From: an uncultured delta proteobacterium
GTDB taxonomy: Bacteria > Desulfobacterota > Binatia > UBA9968
DNA: 64,000 bases
Reading direction: 5' to 3'
Assembly: GCA_963737905.1 (NCBI GenBank)
Contig: CAVTUQ010000014.1
Location: 1 to 64,000, forward strand
Shown: positions 40,469 through 50,290 of the stretch, piece by piece
How positions within the stretch are numbered: the stretch's first letter is position 1
Layout of the letters: each line of letters starts with the position of its first letter
Position numbers and translations under genes: made by a program
Notes under the pieces: model-generated
What the model saw: the letters and a program-made list of their open reading frames with translations, nothing else
Told to the model about the DNA's origin: nothing
The model's database searches: none

Positions 40469-42214
40469 TCAGTGTCCCTCGAACTGGTTGCCTACTTTGC
40501 CGATTCTGCGAGCGAACAGAATCAAAGTGATACACACTGCGCTCACAATCAACGCCAGGGAGCACATGGGCCCGAGGTTGCCATCGACATAGAAGTGATA
40601 GAGCAAGGGGCCCAGCGGCTCGGACCCGGGAGAATAGAGAAAGATCGAAGTGCTGAACTCGCGCAGATAAATCGTTGCCAGGATAATCCAGCCGGCAATA
40701 AACCCGGGACGTAGCAACGGAAGCAGCACGCGGCGAAAAGTAGCCGCAAAGCCAGCGCCGCAAACCACGGAAGCCTCGGGCAAATCGTTATGGATCTGCA
40801 CTATGGTGCTCGTCATCGCGCGCAGGCCATAGGGTAGAAACCGGGTGATGTAGGCGATCAGCAGAATCCACAAAGTCCCGTAGATCGGCAGCGGCATATA
40901 GACATAGGTCCACAAGAGACCGATGGCGAGGGCAGTGCCGGGAAAGGCCCAGGGGATAAAAGTCAATGCTTCGATCACTCCCCTGCCCGCAGTCTTGGTC
41001 TTGGTCGTGACCCAGGCGGTCACCGAGGCGATCAACATGCAGAGGGTCGCGCCTCCCACCGCAAGGATTAAGCTGTTCTGCAGAGCGCGGAACGTGCGGC
41101 TATCCGTGAGGTTCGAGCGGTAATGATCCAGGGTCAGCAATTCCCACGTCTTGGCGCTTGGGACATGAACATAAGTGATAAACGAGACATAGATCAAAAC
41201 CATAAACGGCAGAACGACGATCAGGAGCAAGATCAAACCAGCGATGGCGGATGTGGCATAGCGCCATTGGCCCAGATCGATGATGTTAGGGCGGTAGCCT
41301 CGGCCGGTGACTGTAACGTAACGTTCGCTCCTGAAAGTCAGCCGGCGGTAAAAGTAGACGAAGATCATGGTGACCAACAACAGGGAAACCCCATAGGTGG
41401 CGGCCAAATTTTGGTTAGGCGGGAAGGCGCCGATGGCTTCCCTATAGATTTTAGTAGTAAACACTTCGATCCGCGCCGGTAGAGCGATGATTGCCGGAGT
41501 TTCAAAACTTTCGATGGCACGAACGAAGTTGAGCATCGCCGAAGCCAGTAGCGCAGGCCGAACAATCGGAAAGGTAATCCGCCACGCCACTTGGAAATTG
41601 CTCGAACCGGCCACCCGGGCCGACTCTTCCAACGCCGGGTCCATCGAATACAGCGATGCCGATACGATCAGAAAAGCTAACGGTGTCGTGATCAAAGCTT
41701 CGACGAAGATCATCCCGCCCAGCGAGTAGACGTTTAACGGCGCCGTTGCTAGACCGAAAGCATTCATCAGCAAGCGGTTGATCAAGCCGGTGCGCGGGCT
41801 GAGCAGCACCGTCCAGGCGACTGCCAACATCACCGGAGGAAAGATGTTGGGAACGATGGCGATGATCTCGAAAAATTTTCTAAACGGCGCATTCGTGCGT
41901 ATGGTAATCCAGGCCAACGTGGCCGCCAGAAAGGTCGCGAGAATGGACGCACCGGCGGCGAAAACAAACGAGTTGAACAGCAACTGATAAGTCAGCGGGT
42001 CGGTGTAAGCGCTGATGTAGTGAGCCAACGTGAAACCGCCGGGCACGCCGAGGGGCTTGCTGAGAAAACTACCGTAGAAGAGCATGATGGTCGGCGACAG
42101 GCTGAGATAAGCGATCACGACGCCGACCACCGTAATCACCCAGAGCTGGGGGTCCTGACGAAAGGCTCGTAGCGGCCGTTCAAAAACATGGGTTAAGACC
42201 GCGGTGCCGTTCAT
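40469..42214 (-). CDS. Iron(III)-type ABC transporter permease (FbpB-like)
   Basis: 581-aa membrane protein with two EAA loops (LEESARVAGS, LPEASVVCGA); paralog of 6716-8446. Confidence 0.92.
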   Translation of the reverse strand: MNGTAVLTHVFERPLRAFRQDPQLWVITVVGVVIAYLSLSPTIMLFYGSFLSKPLGVPGGFTLAHYISAYTDPLTYQLLFNSFVFAAGASILATFLAATLAWITIRTNAPFRKFFEIIAIVPNIFPPVMLAVAWTVLLSPRTGLINRLLMNAFGLATAPLNVYSLGGMIFVEALITTPLAFLIVSASLYSMDPALEESARVAGSSNFQVAWRITFPIVRPALLASAMLNFVRAIESFETPAIIALPARIEVFTTKIYREAIGAFPPNQNLAATYGVSLLLVTMIFVYFYRRLTFRSERYVTVTGRGYRPNIIDLGQWRYATSAIAGLILLLIVVLPFMVLIYVSFITYVHVPSAKTWELLTLDHYRSNLTDSRTFRALQNSLILAVGGATLCMLIASVTAWVTTKTKTAGRGVIEALTFIPWAFPGTALAIGLLWTYVYMPLPIYGTLWILLIAYITRFLPYGLRAMTSTIVQIHNDLPEASVVCGAGFAATFRRVLLPLLRPGFIAGWIILATIYLREFSTSIFLYSPGSEPLGPLLYHFYVDGNLGPMCSLALIVSAVCITLILFARRIGKVGNQFEGH

Positions 42215-42237
42215 GGTTTCTTCCGCCTTCTCTTCAT

Positions 42238-42279
42238 CAAAAACAAAGAGGGTCGGCCACTTGTCGGCCGGCCCTCTTT
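42238..42279 (-). terminator. Intrinsic terminator or stabilising hairpin between SBP and permease
   Basis: Stem AAAGAGGGTCGGCC/GGCCGGCCCTCTTT with a T-rich tail on the minus strand. Confidence 0.6.
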
Positions 42280-42312
42280 AAATAGCTCAAACTATACCAG
42301 CGAACCCGAAAA

Positions 42313-43335
42313 TTATTTGGCAAAGAAAATCTCTCGGAACGTGACCGTCATCAGCTTTTTGAACTCTTCCTCAGACGGATTGTCCATGAAAACCATCCGC
42401 GGCGCCACTTTTTCCGCGTCCCTGATCGGGGGGAAAATTCCCGGATACATCACGAACTCCCCTTCCTCGGCGACCAGTTTTTGACCGTCCGGCGAGCATA
42501 TGTAATCAAGATAGAGCTTCGCCGCGTTCGGGTGAGACGCCTTGGTACCGAGACTCATGTAGTTCGGATCGGTCAGATACTTGTCCATAGCGACATAGTC
42601 GACAGGGCCTTTGTACTGTTTGATGTACTTGATGTAGGTAATGCCGACCGGCGCTTCGCCCTTGATAATCGTGGTCGTGACGGGAGCCAAGGATTCAACC
42701 AGGAGAGGTCTTTGTTTGGCCAATGCTCTGACGAAGTCCAGCCATTTGTCGCCTTTGAACTTGCTCAGATTCCATAGAAACTGAGCGGTGGTCGTATGGC
42801 GGGTGGGATCGGGCATAGTTATCTTCCCAGTCCATTTGGGGCTCAAAAGATCGTCGAACGTTTTCGGGAGATCACCTGACTTCACCATATCCGTGTTGTA
42901 AAGAATGCTAATGGGCAGGACCCGCCAGGGGGTGATCATGCCGTCTTTTTCCTTAAACTGGGCCGGAAATTTTTCCGATGACGGCGGAATAAATTTCTGG
43001 AAAAGTCCCTCGTCCCTCATGATCAGCTGAACACCGCGATTGCCTTCGACCACATCAAAGCCCGGTTTACCAGCCCGCCATTCGGTCAGCGCGCGTTCCG
43101 AAACCTGCGTCGACGAACCTCGCCAATATTCGACCGTAATGCCATATTTTTTTTCAAATGCCGCATGGAGCGGTTTCATAGCCTGAGGCACCTGGGCTCC
43201 ATACACGACAACTTTGCCTTCCTGTTTCGCCGCCTCCACGTTAACGGTCTGAGCAAATACTTGTCCGGTCATTACCGAACCGGCGATAGCAAACCCGCCT
43301 AGAATAAGTATCCAACGATTGATGGCTCGATTCAC
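42313..43335 (-). CDS. Extracellular solute-binding protein (FbpA-like)
   Basis: GTG start after AAGGAGG, signal peptide, AAKQEGKVVVY, SHPNAAKL. Confidence 0.88.
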   Translation of the reverse strand: MNRAINRWILILGGFAIAGSVMTGQVFAQTVNVEAAKQEGKVVVYGAQVPQAMKPLHAAFEKKYGITVEYWRGSSTQVSERALTEWRAGKPGFDVVEGNRGVQLIMRDEGLFQKFIPPSSEKFPAQFKEKDGMITPWRVLPISILYNTDMVKSGDLPKTFDDLLSPKWTGKITMPDPTRHTTTAQFLWNLSKFKGDKWLDFVRALAKQRPLLVESLAPVTTTIIKGEAPVGITYIKYIKQYKGPVDYVAMDKYLTDPNYMSLGTKASHPNAAKLYLDYICSPDGQKLVAEEGEFVMYPGIFPPIRDAEKVAPRMVFMDNPSEEEFKKLMTVTFREIFFAK

Positions 43336-43421
43336 GATAACCCTCCTTACGAGTTTAAAGCACGATAACACTTATCGACGGGGCTGCATGAAGTCAAGCA
43401 AGGGTCACGCCGCCAGCTCCT

Positions 43422-44451
43422 TCATTTAGGGAGAAAGATCTGCCGAAACTCGCTCTGCAGCTTGGCCAGCTGTTCGCGGCTCGGATTGTCCATAAAGACC
43501 ATATTCGCCATCACTTTATCGGCGCCTTTGAGCGATGGGTAAATCCCCGGATGGAGCACAAACTCTCCAGTCTCGGCGACTTTCTTCTGCCCTTCCGACG
43601 AACAGAGGTATTCGATGAAAACTTTGGCCGCGTTCGGATTCGCTGCCTTCGCGCTCAAGGCTGCGTCGCTCGGATCGGCAAAGATCTTGTCGACAGGGGC
43701 AAAATCAATGGGGCCTTTCGTTTGCCCGGCATATTGAACGTAGGTGATTCCCACCAGGCTCTCGCCGCGGACAATGGCGCTCGGAACGGTGGAGTAAGAC
43801 TCCAGCAACAAAGGCTTTTGCTTGGCCAGTCCTCTGACGAATTCCAACCATTTTTCTCCTTTCACTTGGTTCTGATTCCAGAGATACTGCGCCGTACTGG
43901 CGTGGCGCGAAGGATCGGGCATGCTGATCTTCCCTTGCCATTTTGCGTCGAGTAGATCGTCGAGACTTTTTGGCACATCGGCCGCCTTGACTAACTCAGT
44001 GTTATACAAGACGCCCACCGGCGTCACGCGCCAGGCGGTAAGCTTGCCATCCGCGTCTTTGAATTTTGCCGGAAAATTGGCGGTGTTCGTAGGAACAAAT
44101 TTCGCATAGATGTTTTCCTCCTTCCCCAATAACAGAGCCCCGCGGGCGCCGATAACAAGATCAAAGCCAGGCTTGCCGGCACGCCACTCCGTGAGCACCC
44201 GGTCAATGACCTTCGTCGCGTCCGCGCGCCAATATTCGATTTTGAGCCCGTATTTTCCTTCGAATCCTTTTTCAATCAGCGTCATCACCTGCGGCACGAT
44301 CGTGCCGTAGATAACGACTTTGCCTTCCTTTTTGGCCGCATCCAAGATTCGTCGCCTGAGCCCAAGCAACCGACGCCGTGGCGACGAACGCTACAGTCGC
44401 CCACAGGGCCAGCACGGATATTTGGGGCACACGAGCTGCACTCCCAACCAT
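43422..44451 (-). CDS. Extracellular solute-binding protein (FbpA-like), frameshift near 44355
   Basis: AAKKEGKVVIYG, KWQGKISMPDP, NPNAAKVF; the signal peptide from ATG 44451 is in another frame. Confidence 0.85.
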
Positions 44452-44519
44452 AGATTTACCTCCTTGTCCTTTTGTTCTACCGGTTGACTAAAAACAAACC
44501 GCCAATCATCGCTGGCTAA

Positions 44520-45506
44520 TCAGGCGCTCAATTCTTTGACCATCCGGATCACTTTTTTCCTCGCCTCTTGAGTACCCATAGGAAGCAGAATCGGCAGGTT
44601 GAGCCCACCCTTGATAAAGGATTCCAGTTGGCTTGCGGCATTCGCGCGGTCGTTCCGGCTACGGAGTGGGCATGGACGACATCATCACTGATGAATTTCT
44701 TGGCAGCGTCCCAATCGCGCTTTGCCACGGCCGCGGCGAGCGCCTCCTGGTCTACTTTACCCCTTCCCAAGCGAATATTTTCGGCATGATGCGTATTGCG
44801 AAAGATGTATGCGAGAAACATTTTGTTGGCTTCGAGGGCTTCCTATGGATTTCCGGAAACCGAGGTCGTAACGAAACCCGCCACGTCCCGATCCGCTAAA
44901 GACTTCCCCACCTTCTCTGCGCCCTTTTTGATCTCTGTAACACATTGCGCGATATAGCCCGGCGCGCAGCCCGCTGATAGTAGCACGCCGTCGCCGATCT
45001 CGCCACCAAGCTGGAACATTCTCGACCGCACCGCCGTCACGTACATTTTGATGGGCTTGACGGTACAAAGCCCATCTTCGCGCCGTTCACCCGAAACATT
45101 TCGCCCTGGAAATTAACAGTCTCTCGCCGCTCAGAAACTGCCGCAAAATCTCGACATACTCGCGCATCGTTTTCAGTGGTCGTGGCGACTCTATGCCCGC
45201 TTCCTTCAACGCCGCCGCGTTACCGGTGCCCGGGCTGGCGATGACCCGGCCCGGCGCGAACTCTTCCATGGTCGCAAGGGACATCGCAGAAATAATCGGA
45301 TGACGCGAGTATGGGCTCATCGGCGCCGGAGCGACTTTGATTCTCCTGGTCGATGCGAGCAGCGCCATGGAAGTTGTGAGCGAGTCTCGAAAGCAAAGAT
45401 GATCCGACATCCAGATCGATTCCATGCCGCTCTCATCGGCCAGCTGCGCCAGCTCGATCATCTCCTGGATCGGATAGAATCCATCAAAGCAGAGCCCGAC
45501 ACGCAT
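44520..45506 (-). CDS. LLM class (Mer-like) oxidoreductase, multiply frameshifted
   Basis: MRVGLC...ESIWMSDH...PYSRHP...PGRV; later frames give YVTAVRSRMFQLGGEIGDGV and DDVVHAHSVAGT. Confidence 0.8.
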
Positions 45507-45518
45507 AACACCTCCTAC

Positions 45519-46641
45519 CTAGAATCCCTCGTGTAATATCTTCCGCATGTTCTCGGGACGAACCCCTGCCAGTCCCATCTTTTCCACGGTAAGTCCCTCT
45601 TTCCGGTAATCCGTCCGGCTCACCACCGAGGCAAGAGTGATCAGCGCGTCGATTACCGGCGTGTTTATGCCGAGTAATCTACCGATCTCCGCCATGGGCA
45701 CGAGGCCATAGCCCACGTCTTCCTTGATGTAGCGATGATCTAGCGTCTTGGGCGACTTGATCGTTCGGTTAGGCTCGCTATCATTGATGGCGCGGTAAAT
45801 CGATCCGCTTGCTCGCTTGCCTCCTCCGAAGTGAGCCCGGCTTGATAAAAGATATCGACGAAACCGGAGAGGCTTCAGACCCAAGACTGCTTGACGATCT
45901 CCAGACGTTCTTTGTCGACTTCCTCAATCCACGCCGCGATTGCCCGGGTAATCCCCTCCCGATAGTAATAGAAGTCGCCGCCGCTCTTTCTCAATCCATC
46001 CCGCGTTACCGAGCATCCCGGCCGGATGCATGATCGCATTGATATTGGCGAATCCCGTTTCAATGACGTTCGCGGCGGGGATCACATTTGGATAAATTTC
46101 CTTGAATCTCCCGCACCAGATTCCGCCGAGGTGTCTTTACCCGGAAAGGCCGCGCAGCGAAGTGGGTCGTGCGGCGATAAATTTCGACCCGTGCTGATCG
46201 AGGCATGCGGCAAATATAGGTCAGGGTAACGGTCTCACATAATTTGAATTTTCGCCTTGGCACACCCAAGCACTGCGGAGGATCTTCGCGAAATGAAGGG
46301 ACCCGCCGGTATGTCCTGGGTTGAACAGAATTCGCTGACCGTCGGTAAGAGAGCTGTGCCAGGTTCTTCGCCAGATATTCATGGGCAACAGCCGGAGCAG
46401 CGATGATAATGAGGTCGGCGCCGTTCACCACCGGCGGTAAATGCGGGCTGACCAAGAACGGCGCCGCAAAGTTCTCTACGCCGTCTTCCACGAGCTCGAT
46501 CCCACCGCGCTCGGCAATCGGATTCAACGTGCTCTCCGAGCGGGAAAAAAGCCGGATTTCAAAACCGCGAAGGGTGAGATCGGCCGCGACCGCGCAACCC
46601 CCATTGCCGGCACCGAGAACTGCGAACTTTTTTATCGACAT
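45519..46641 (-). CDS. NAD/NADP octopine/nopaline (opine) dehydrogenase family, multiply frameshifted
   Basis: VLGAGNGGCAVAADL, CETVTLTYICR, FYYYREGIT, DKERL, HRYIKEDVGYGLVP. Confidence 0.82.
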
Positions 46642-46674
46642 GAGGTTATTCCAGGTTTTCCGTGAAGAAGCACT

Positions 46675-46760
46675 CACCGCAGAGGCACAGAGTTCGCAGA
46701 GATCGGAGAACTTTTTCAATTGAGAACTCTTTACTCCGCGTCCTCCGCGCCTCCGCGGTG
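46675..46760. repeat. Palindrome built from 9-mer tandem repeats
   Basis: CACCGCAGAG-GCACAGAG-TTCGCAGAG ... CTCCGCGTC-CTCCGCGC-CTCCGCGGTG; a related half-run lies near 47972-47998. Confidence 0.75.
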
Positions 46761-46808
46761 CAATCTCCGACGACTGCGATCTTTCTGATAGACATAAGAA
46801 ATGGAAAG

Positions 46809-47966
46809 TTACGAGTCGAGGCGATATTGTTTCAGCTTATCTTCATCCAATTCAATTCCGAGGCCGGGCTTCCTAGAAACTAGAATGTCGCCATCGTTAT
46901 ATCCGAATGCTTCTTTGATGATATCGTCTTGGTAGTAAATCCCCGCGATCCCTTTCGTGCCGGTGCCCTTCGGCGTGGAAACCGGGACGACACAACCGAA
47001 AGTCACCACTGCCGTTGACGCCGCAAGGTGAATGTTCGCCGCGTTGCCGACGCCGGTTTCGACGGAGCCATTGACATTGCACTTGAGCCCCGCCGCCTCG
47101 GCAACCGCGGCGACTTTTTTGGCTTTAAAAATTCCGCCGGGTTTGGTGGTGTAGATAGAGATCATATCCGCGGCTTTCTTGTGCGCAATCTCCATCACGT
47201 CTTGTGGTGTCCAGGCGCTTTCGTCAGCCATGATCGGCGTATCGACCCGTCTTGCAACCTCCGCCATCTGATCGATGCCCTCCACCGGCTGTTCCATATA
47301 GAGCAGGTCGTACTCTGCCATCGCTTTGGTCACCTGGACCGCTACTTTTGGCGTTGGATATCCCTGATTGGCATCCATGCAGATCTTGGTTTCGGAACCT
47401 AGCGCCTCGCGCATGCGCCGGACCAGTTCCACGTCCCGCCGTGGATCAACGCCGCCTTTGAGTTTGATCGTCTTGACTCCTTCGGACTTTGCTTGCAGCG
47501 CCTCTTCAACGGCTTTTTCGATCTCCATCAAGCCCAGGCTGTGAGCAATGCTAATGCGGTCTCGAAAACAGCCGCCCAAAAATTGATAGGCGGGCACTTG
47601 CATCGCTTTGCCGGCGACGTCATAAAGCGCCATATCGATGGCAGCCTTGGCATAGGGATAGCCTTTGACGCTCTTGTCCATAGAGGCGTGTATGGTTTCA
47701 AAGCGCCGCGGGTCTTGATCTTTCAATGCCGGCGCAAGAATATCATTGATGATGTGCGCCGTGGTCTGCGGCGTTTCACCGAAATACTTCCCGTGATCCC
47801 CTCCCCAGTCTTTCAAAACCGGAGCTTCACCAAGACCCACCAATCCGTCGTCCGTGTGCAACTTGATAATCACGTAAACGCCAATGGAGGTTGTCAGGCT
47901 TGCCCACTGATGCACCCGGCGGGTCGGGAGACGAATCGGTATGGTTTCGATTCTAGTGATCTTCAT
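46809..47966 (-). CDS. Muconate cycloisomerase/dipeptide epimerase-like enolase superfamily enzyme
   Basis: GLGEA, AAIDMALYD, KLKGG, MDANQG, EQP, ADES, PGLGIELDE. Confidence 0.88.
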   Translation of the reverse strand: MKITRIETIPIRLPTRRVHQWASLTTSIGVYVIIKLHTDDGLVGLGEAPVLKDWGGDHGKYFGETPQTTAHIINDILAPALKDQDPRRFETIHASMDKSVKGYPYAKAAIDMALYDVAGKAMQVPAYQFLGGCFRDRISIAHSLGLMEIEKAVEEALQAKSEGVKTIKLKGGVDPRRDVELVRRMREALGSETKICMDANQGYPTPKVAVQVTKAMAEYDLLYMEQPVEGIDQMAEVARRVDTPIMADESAWTPQDVMEIAHKKAADMISIYTTKPGGIFKAKKVAAVAEAAGLKCNVNGSVETGVGNAANIHLAASTAVVTFGCVVPVSTPKGTGTKGIAGIYYQDDIIKEAFGYNDGDILVSRKPGLGIELDEDKLKQYRLDS

Positions 47967-48025
47967 CTTTTTTCTGCGAACTTTGCGTTCTTTGCGTTAA
48001 AGATTCTCTTCTCCCTCTTGCGTGC

Positions 48026-49139
48026 TTAGCCGACTCTCAACAATGTGTCGGTAGGCGTGTGGTCAGAGAGCAGTTCGCATCCTGTCTCGGTAACGCAAAA
48101 CATGTCTTTGTTCTGCATTCCGAATCTACCAGGGATATAAACCAGCGGTTCAAACGCCCCTACCATCCCGGCTTCGACGATCTCATCGCCATAACGACCC
48201 ATGTACGGCTCTTCGTGAAGATGCAAGCCGATGCCATGGGCAACAAAACTGATGGGCTCTAGCCCCAGCTCGCTGAACTTTTTCAGAAACGTCTGGTAAA
48301 TCTCTTTGCAACGAGCGCCCGGCTTGATCATGTCCATCACGAGATATTTGCAAGCGATCAAATTCGCCCAAATCTTCTCCTGCTCGGCGGTCGGCTGGCC
48401 GACCACGGCGGTGCGGCAAACGCCGGCCAGATAACCGCTTTTTTGGCCGAAGATCTCCATGCGGATCAGATCGCCCGCCTTCAGTTTCCGATCGGTCGGC
48501 CCGACGTTGGGAAATTGGCTGCGCTCGCCCGATGCGATGATCATGAGCTTGTAATTTTCCGCTCCTCCGGCGAAAAGCGAACTGAGCAGCAAGCCGGCGA
48601 GATCCATTTCGCTTATTCCCGCTCTTGCCTGGCTCAACGTATCGCCGATGGCCTTGTCGGTGAGCTTGCTCAACGAACGAAGCAGCGCCAGCTCGTTGAC
48701 GGTTTTGACCTGCCGCGCCTTGTTAAAAATCGCATCGGCCGCCGAACCACGTAACAGCCGGAAGATTCTTTTCCAATGCCGCGAAATCTTTGGCAGGAAG
48801 AAATTCCATCTCGATGCCGACCTTCGCCCGGTCAAGCTTGAGATCTTTCAACGCTTCGGCGAGTTTGTCCATCGGATCATCCGTGAACTCCCGATAGACG
48901 CGCAGATCGTCTATCCCGGCGTGGGCTTTGACCGTGTTGGCCTCCATATCGATGGCGACCATGGAGATTCGCCCATCTGCCGTCATGATACAGAGGGCAT
49001 GGCGCCAGCGCATCAAAGATTGTGACGGTACGACAAAGCCCGATACATACGTCACATTCTCCGGCGATACGGCAACAATGGCGTCGAGCCCCGCGTCTTG
49101 GATGCGCCGTAGAAGTCGCGCGATGATTTCTTGGTCCAC
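48026..49139 (-). CDS. M24 family (creatinase/Xaa-Pro peptidase-like) hydrolase, frameshift near 48745
   Basis: Creatinase_N-like SPENVTYVSG in ORF 48723-49139; RQVKT, HGIGLHLHEEP, AFEP in ORF 48026-48835. Confidence 0.82.
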
Positions 49140-49160
49140 AGTGATATCGCCTGCGCTCGT

Positions 49161-50276
49161 TCAAAAGCCCGCAAAGTGCTCGGCCTTTACTTTGCGTTCC
49201 GCCACCCTCTTCCCCACTCTTTGCAACTCCCCCACAAACGCCACGGAATCGAGTTGTTGCACGTTCGTGGGCTCCACGTCGTCCAGACCCAGCTCGTCCA
49301 ACCCACCGCGGGTCAGCTCGCCGTTGTAACGCACATAAGTGAAAAACTTGTGCCTAACGGGTCCCCGTTTTCCGATCATGTCACCCACTTCTCTGTCCAA
49401 AAGATCACCCGCCAAACAATTACCAAAGACTCGGCATAGAAAATCCTGTTCGTTCAGCGCCGCAAACATTAAGGCAGACGGAATCGAGGTCGCGTTGTAC
49501 AGGACGTTCATTTCGTTGGGTTGAAGATCCGCGTTGGCGTACGGGCTCGTCCCTGTTCCGACGGAAACCACCAGCATTTTGTCCTCGCCGGCGAGCCAGT
49601 TGAGATTGTAGGGCTCCACCGTAGCCATGAGGAACGCCTGGAAGGAGGGGTTATTGTACATGGTTATCCCGCCGTCAACAAAAATAAATTCTTTCTCGCC
49701 GACTTTCACCATTTCCGGCGGAAAATAAGTGGGCGCCGCCGTGCTGGCGCGAACTAACTGCCAAAGGGGAAGATTCAGATTGCAATCCGCCCGGCTACAA
49801 TCATTGTATTTCGCGCCTGGGTTGTTCGACACCGGCCAGGGAGAATCCGTGGATGCATTGCGTAATACCATCATAAGAAGGGCTTTCAGCTTGTCGCTTC
49901 CCAGAGTTGTTTCCGCGCCAAACTCAGCCTGTAGCCGGGCCGATAACTTTTCACTTTGAAACTTGTGCCGATAGTACCGATCGAGTAGAGACGCTTTGTC
50001 AAACATCTCCGTGCCGTTTTGCAGGTAGAAATTACGAATCCGATCTACCGTCATGCCCCAGGAAAGACAGGCGGCGATGATCGCTCCTGTGCTAGTGCCG
50101 GCGAAAAAGTCGAAATAGTCGGCCAGAACAAATTCTTTTCCCTGGCCCGATTTCGGCCGCAACAGTTCCTCAATCCTCGCCAATATCTCGACGGTCAACA
50201 TTCCACGGATACCGCCACCGTCCAGCGCCAGAATTTTCTTCTGACCTCCGGCTTGTATCTTCTCCGCCAGGCTCAT
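49161..50276 (-). CDS. Patatin-like phospholipase
   Basis: LALDGGGIRG, GTSTG, RASTAAPTYF, FVDGG; intact Ser-Asp dyad; no signal peptide. Confidence 0.93.
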   Translation of the reverse strand: MSLAEKIQAGGQKKILALDGGGIRGMLTVEILARIEELLRPKSGQGKEFVLADYFDFFAGTSTGAIIAACLSWGMTVDRIRNFYLQNGTEMFDKASLLDRYYRHKFQSEKLSARLQAEFGAETTLGSDKLKALLMMVLRNASTDSPWPVSNNPGAKYNDCSRADCNLNLPLWQLVRASTAAPTYFPPEMVKVGEKEFIFVDGGITMYNNPSFQAFLMATVEPYNLNWLAGEDKMLVVSVGTGTSPYANADLQPNEMNVLYNATSIPSALMFAALNEQDFLCRVFGNCLAGDLLDREVGDMIGKRGPVRHKFFTYVRYNGELTRGGLDELGLDDVEPTNVQQLDSVAFVGELQRVGKRVAERKVKAEHFAGF

Positions 50277-50290
50277 AACCATGCTCTCCT

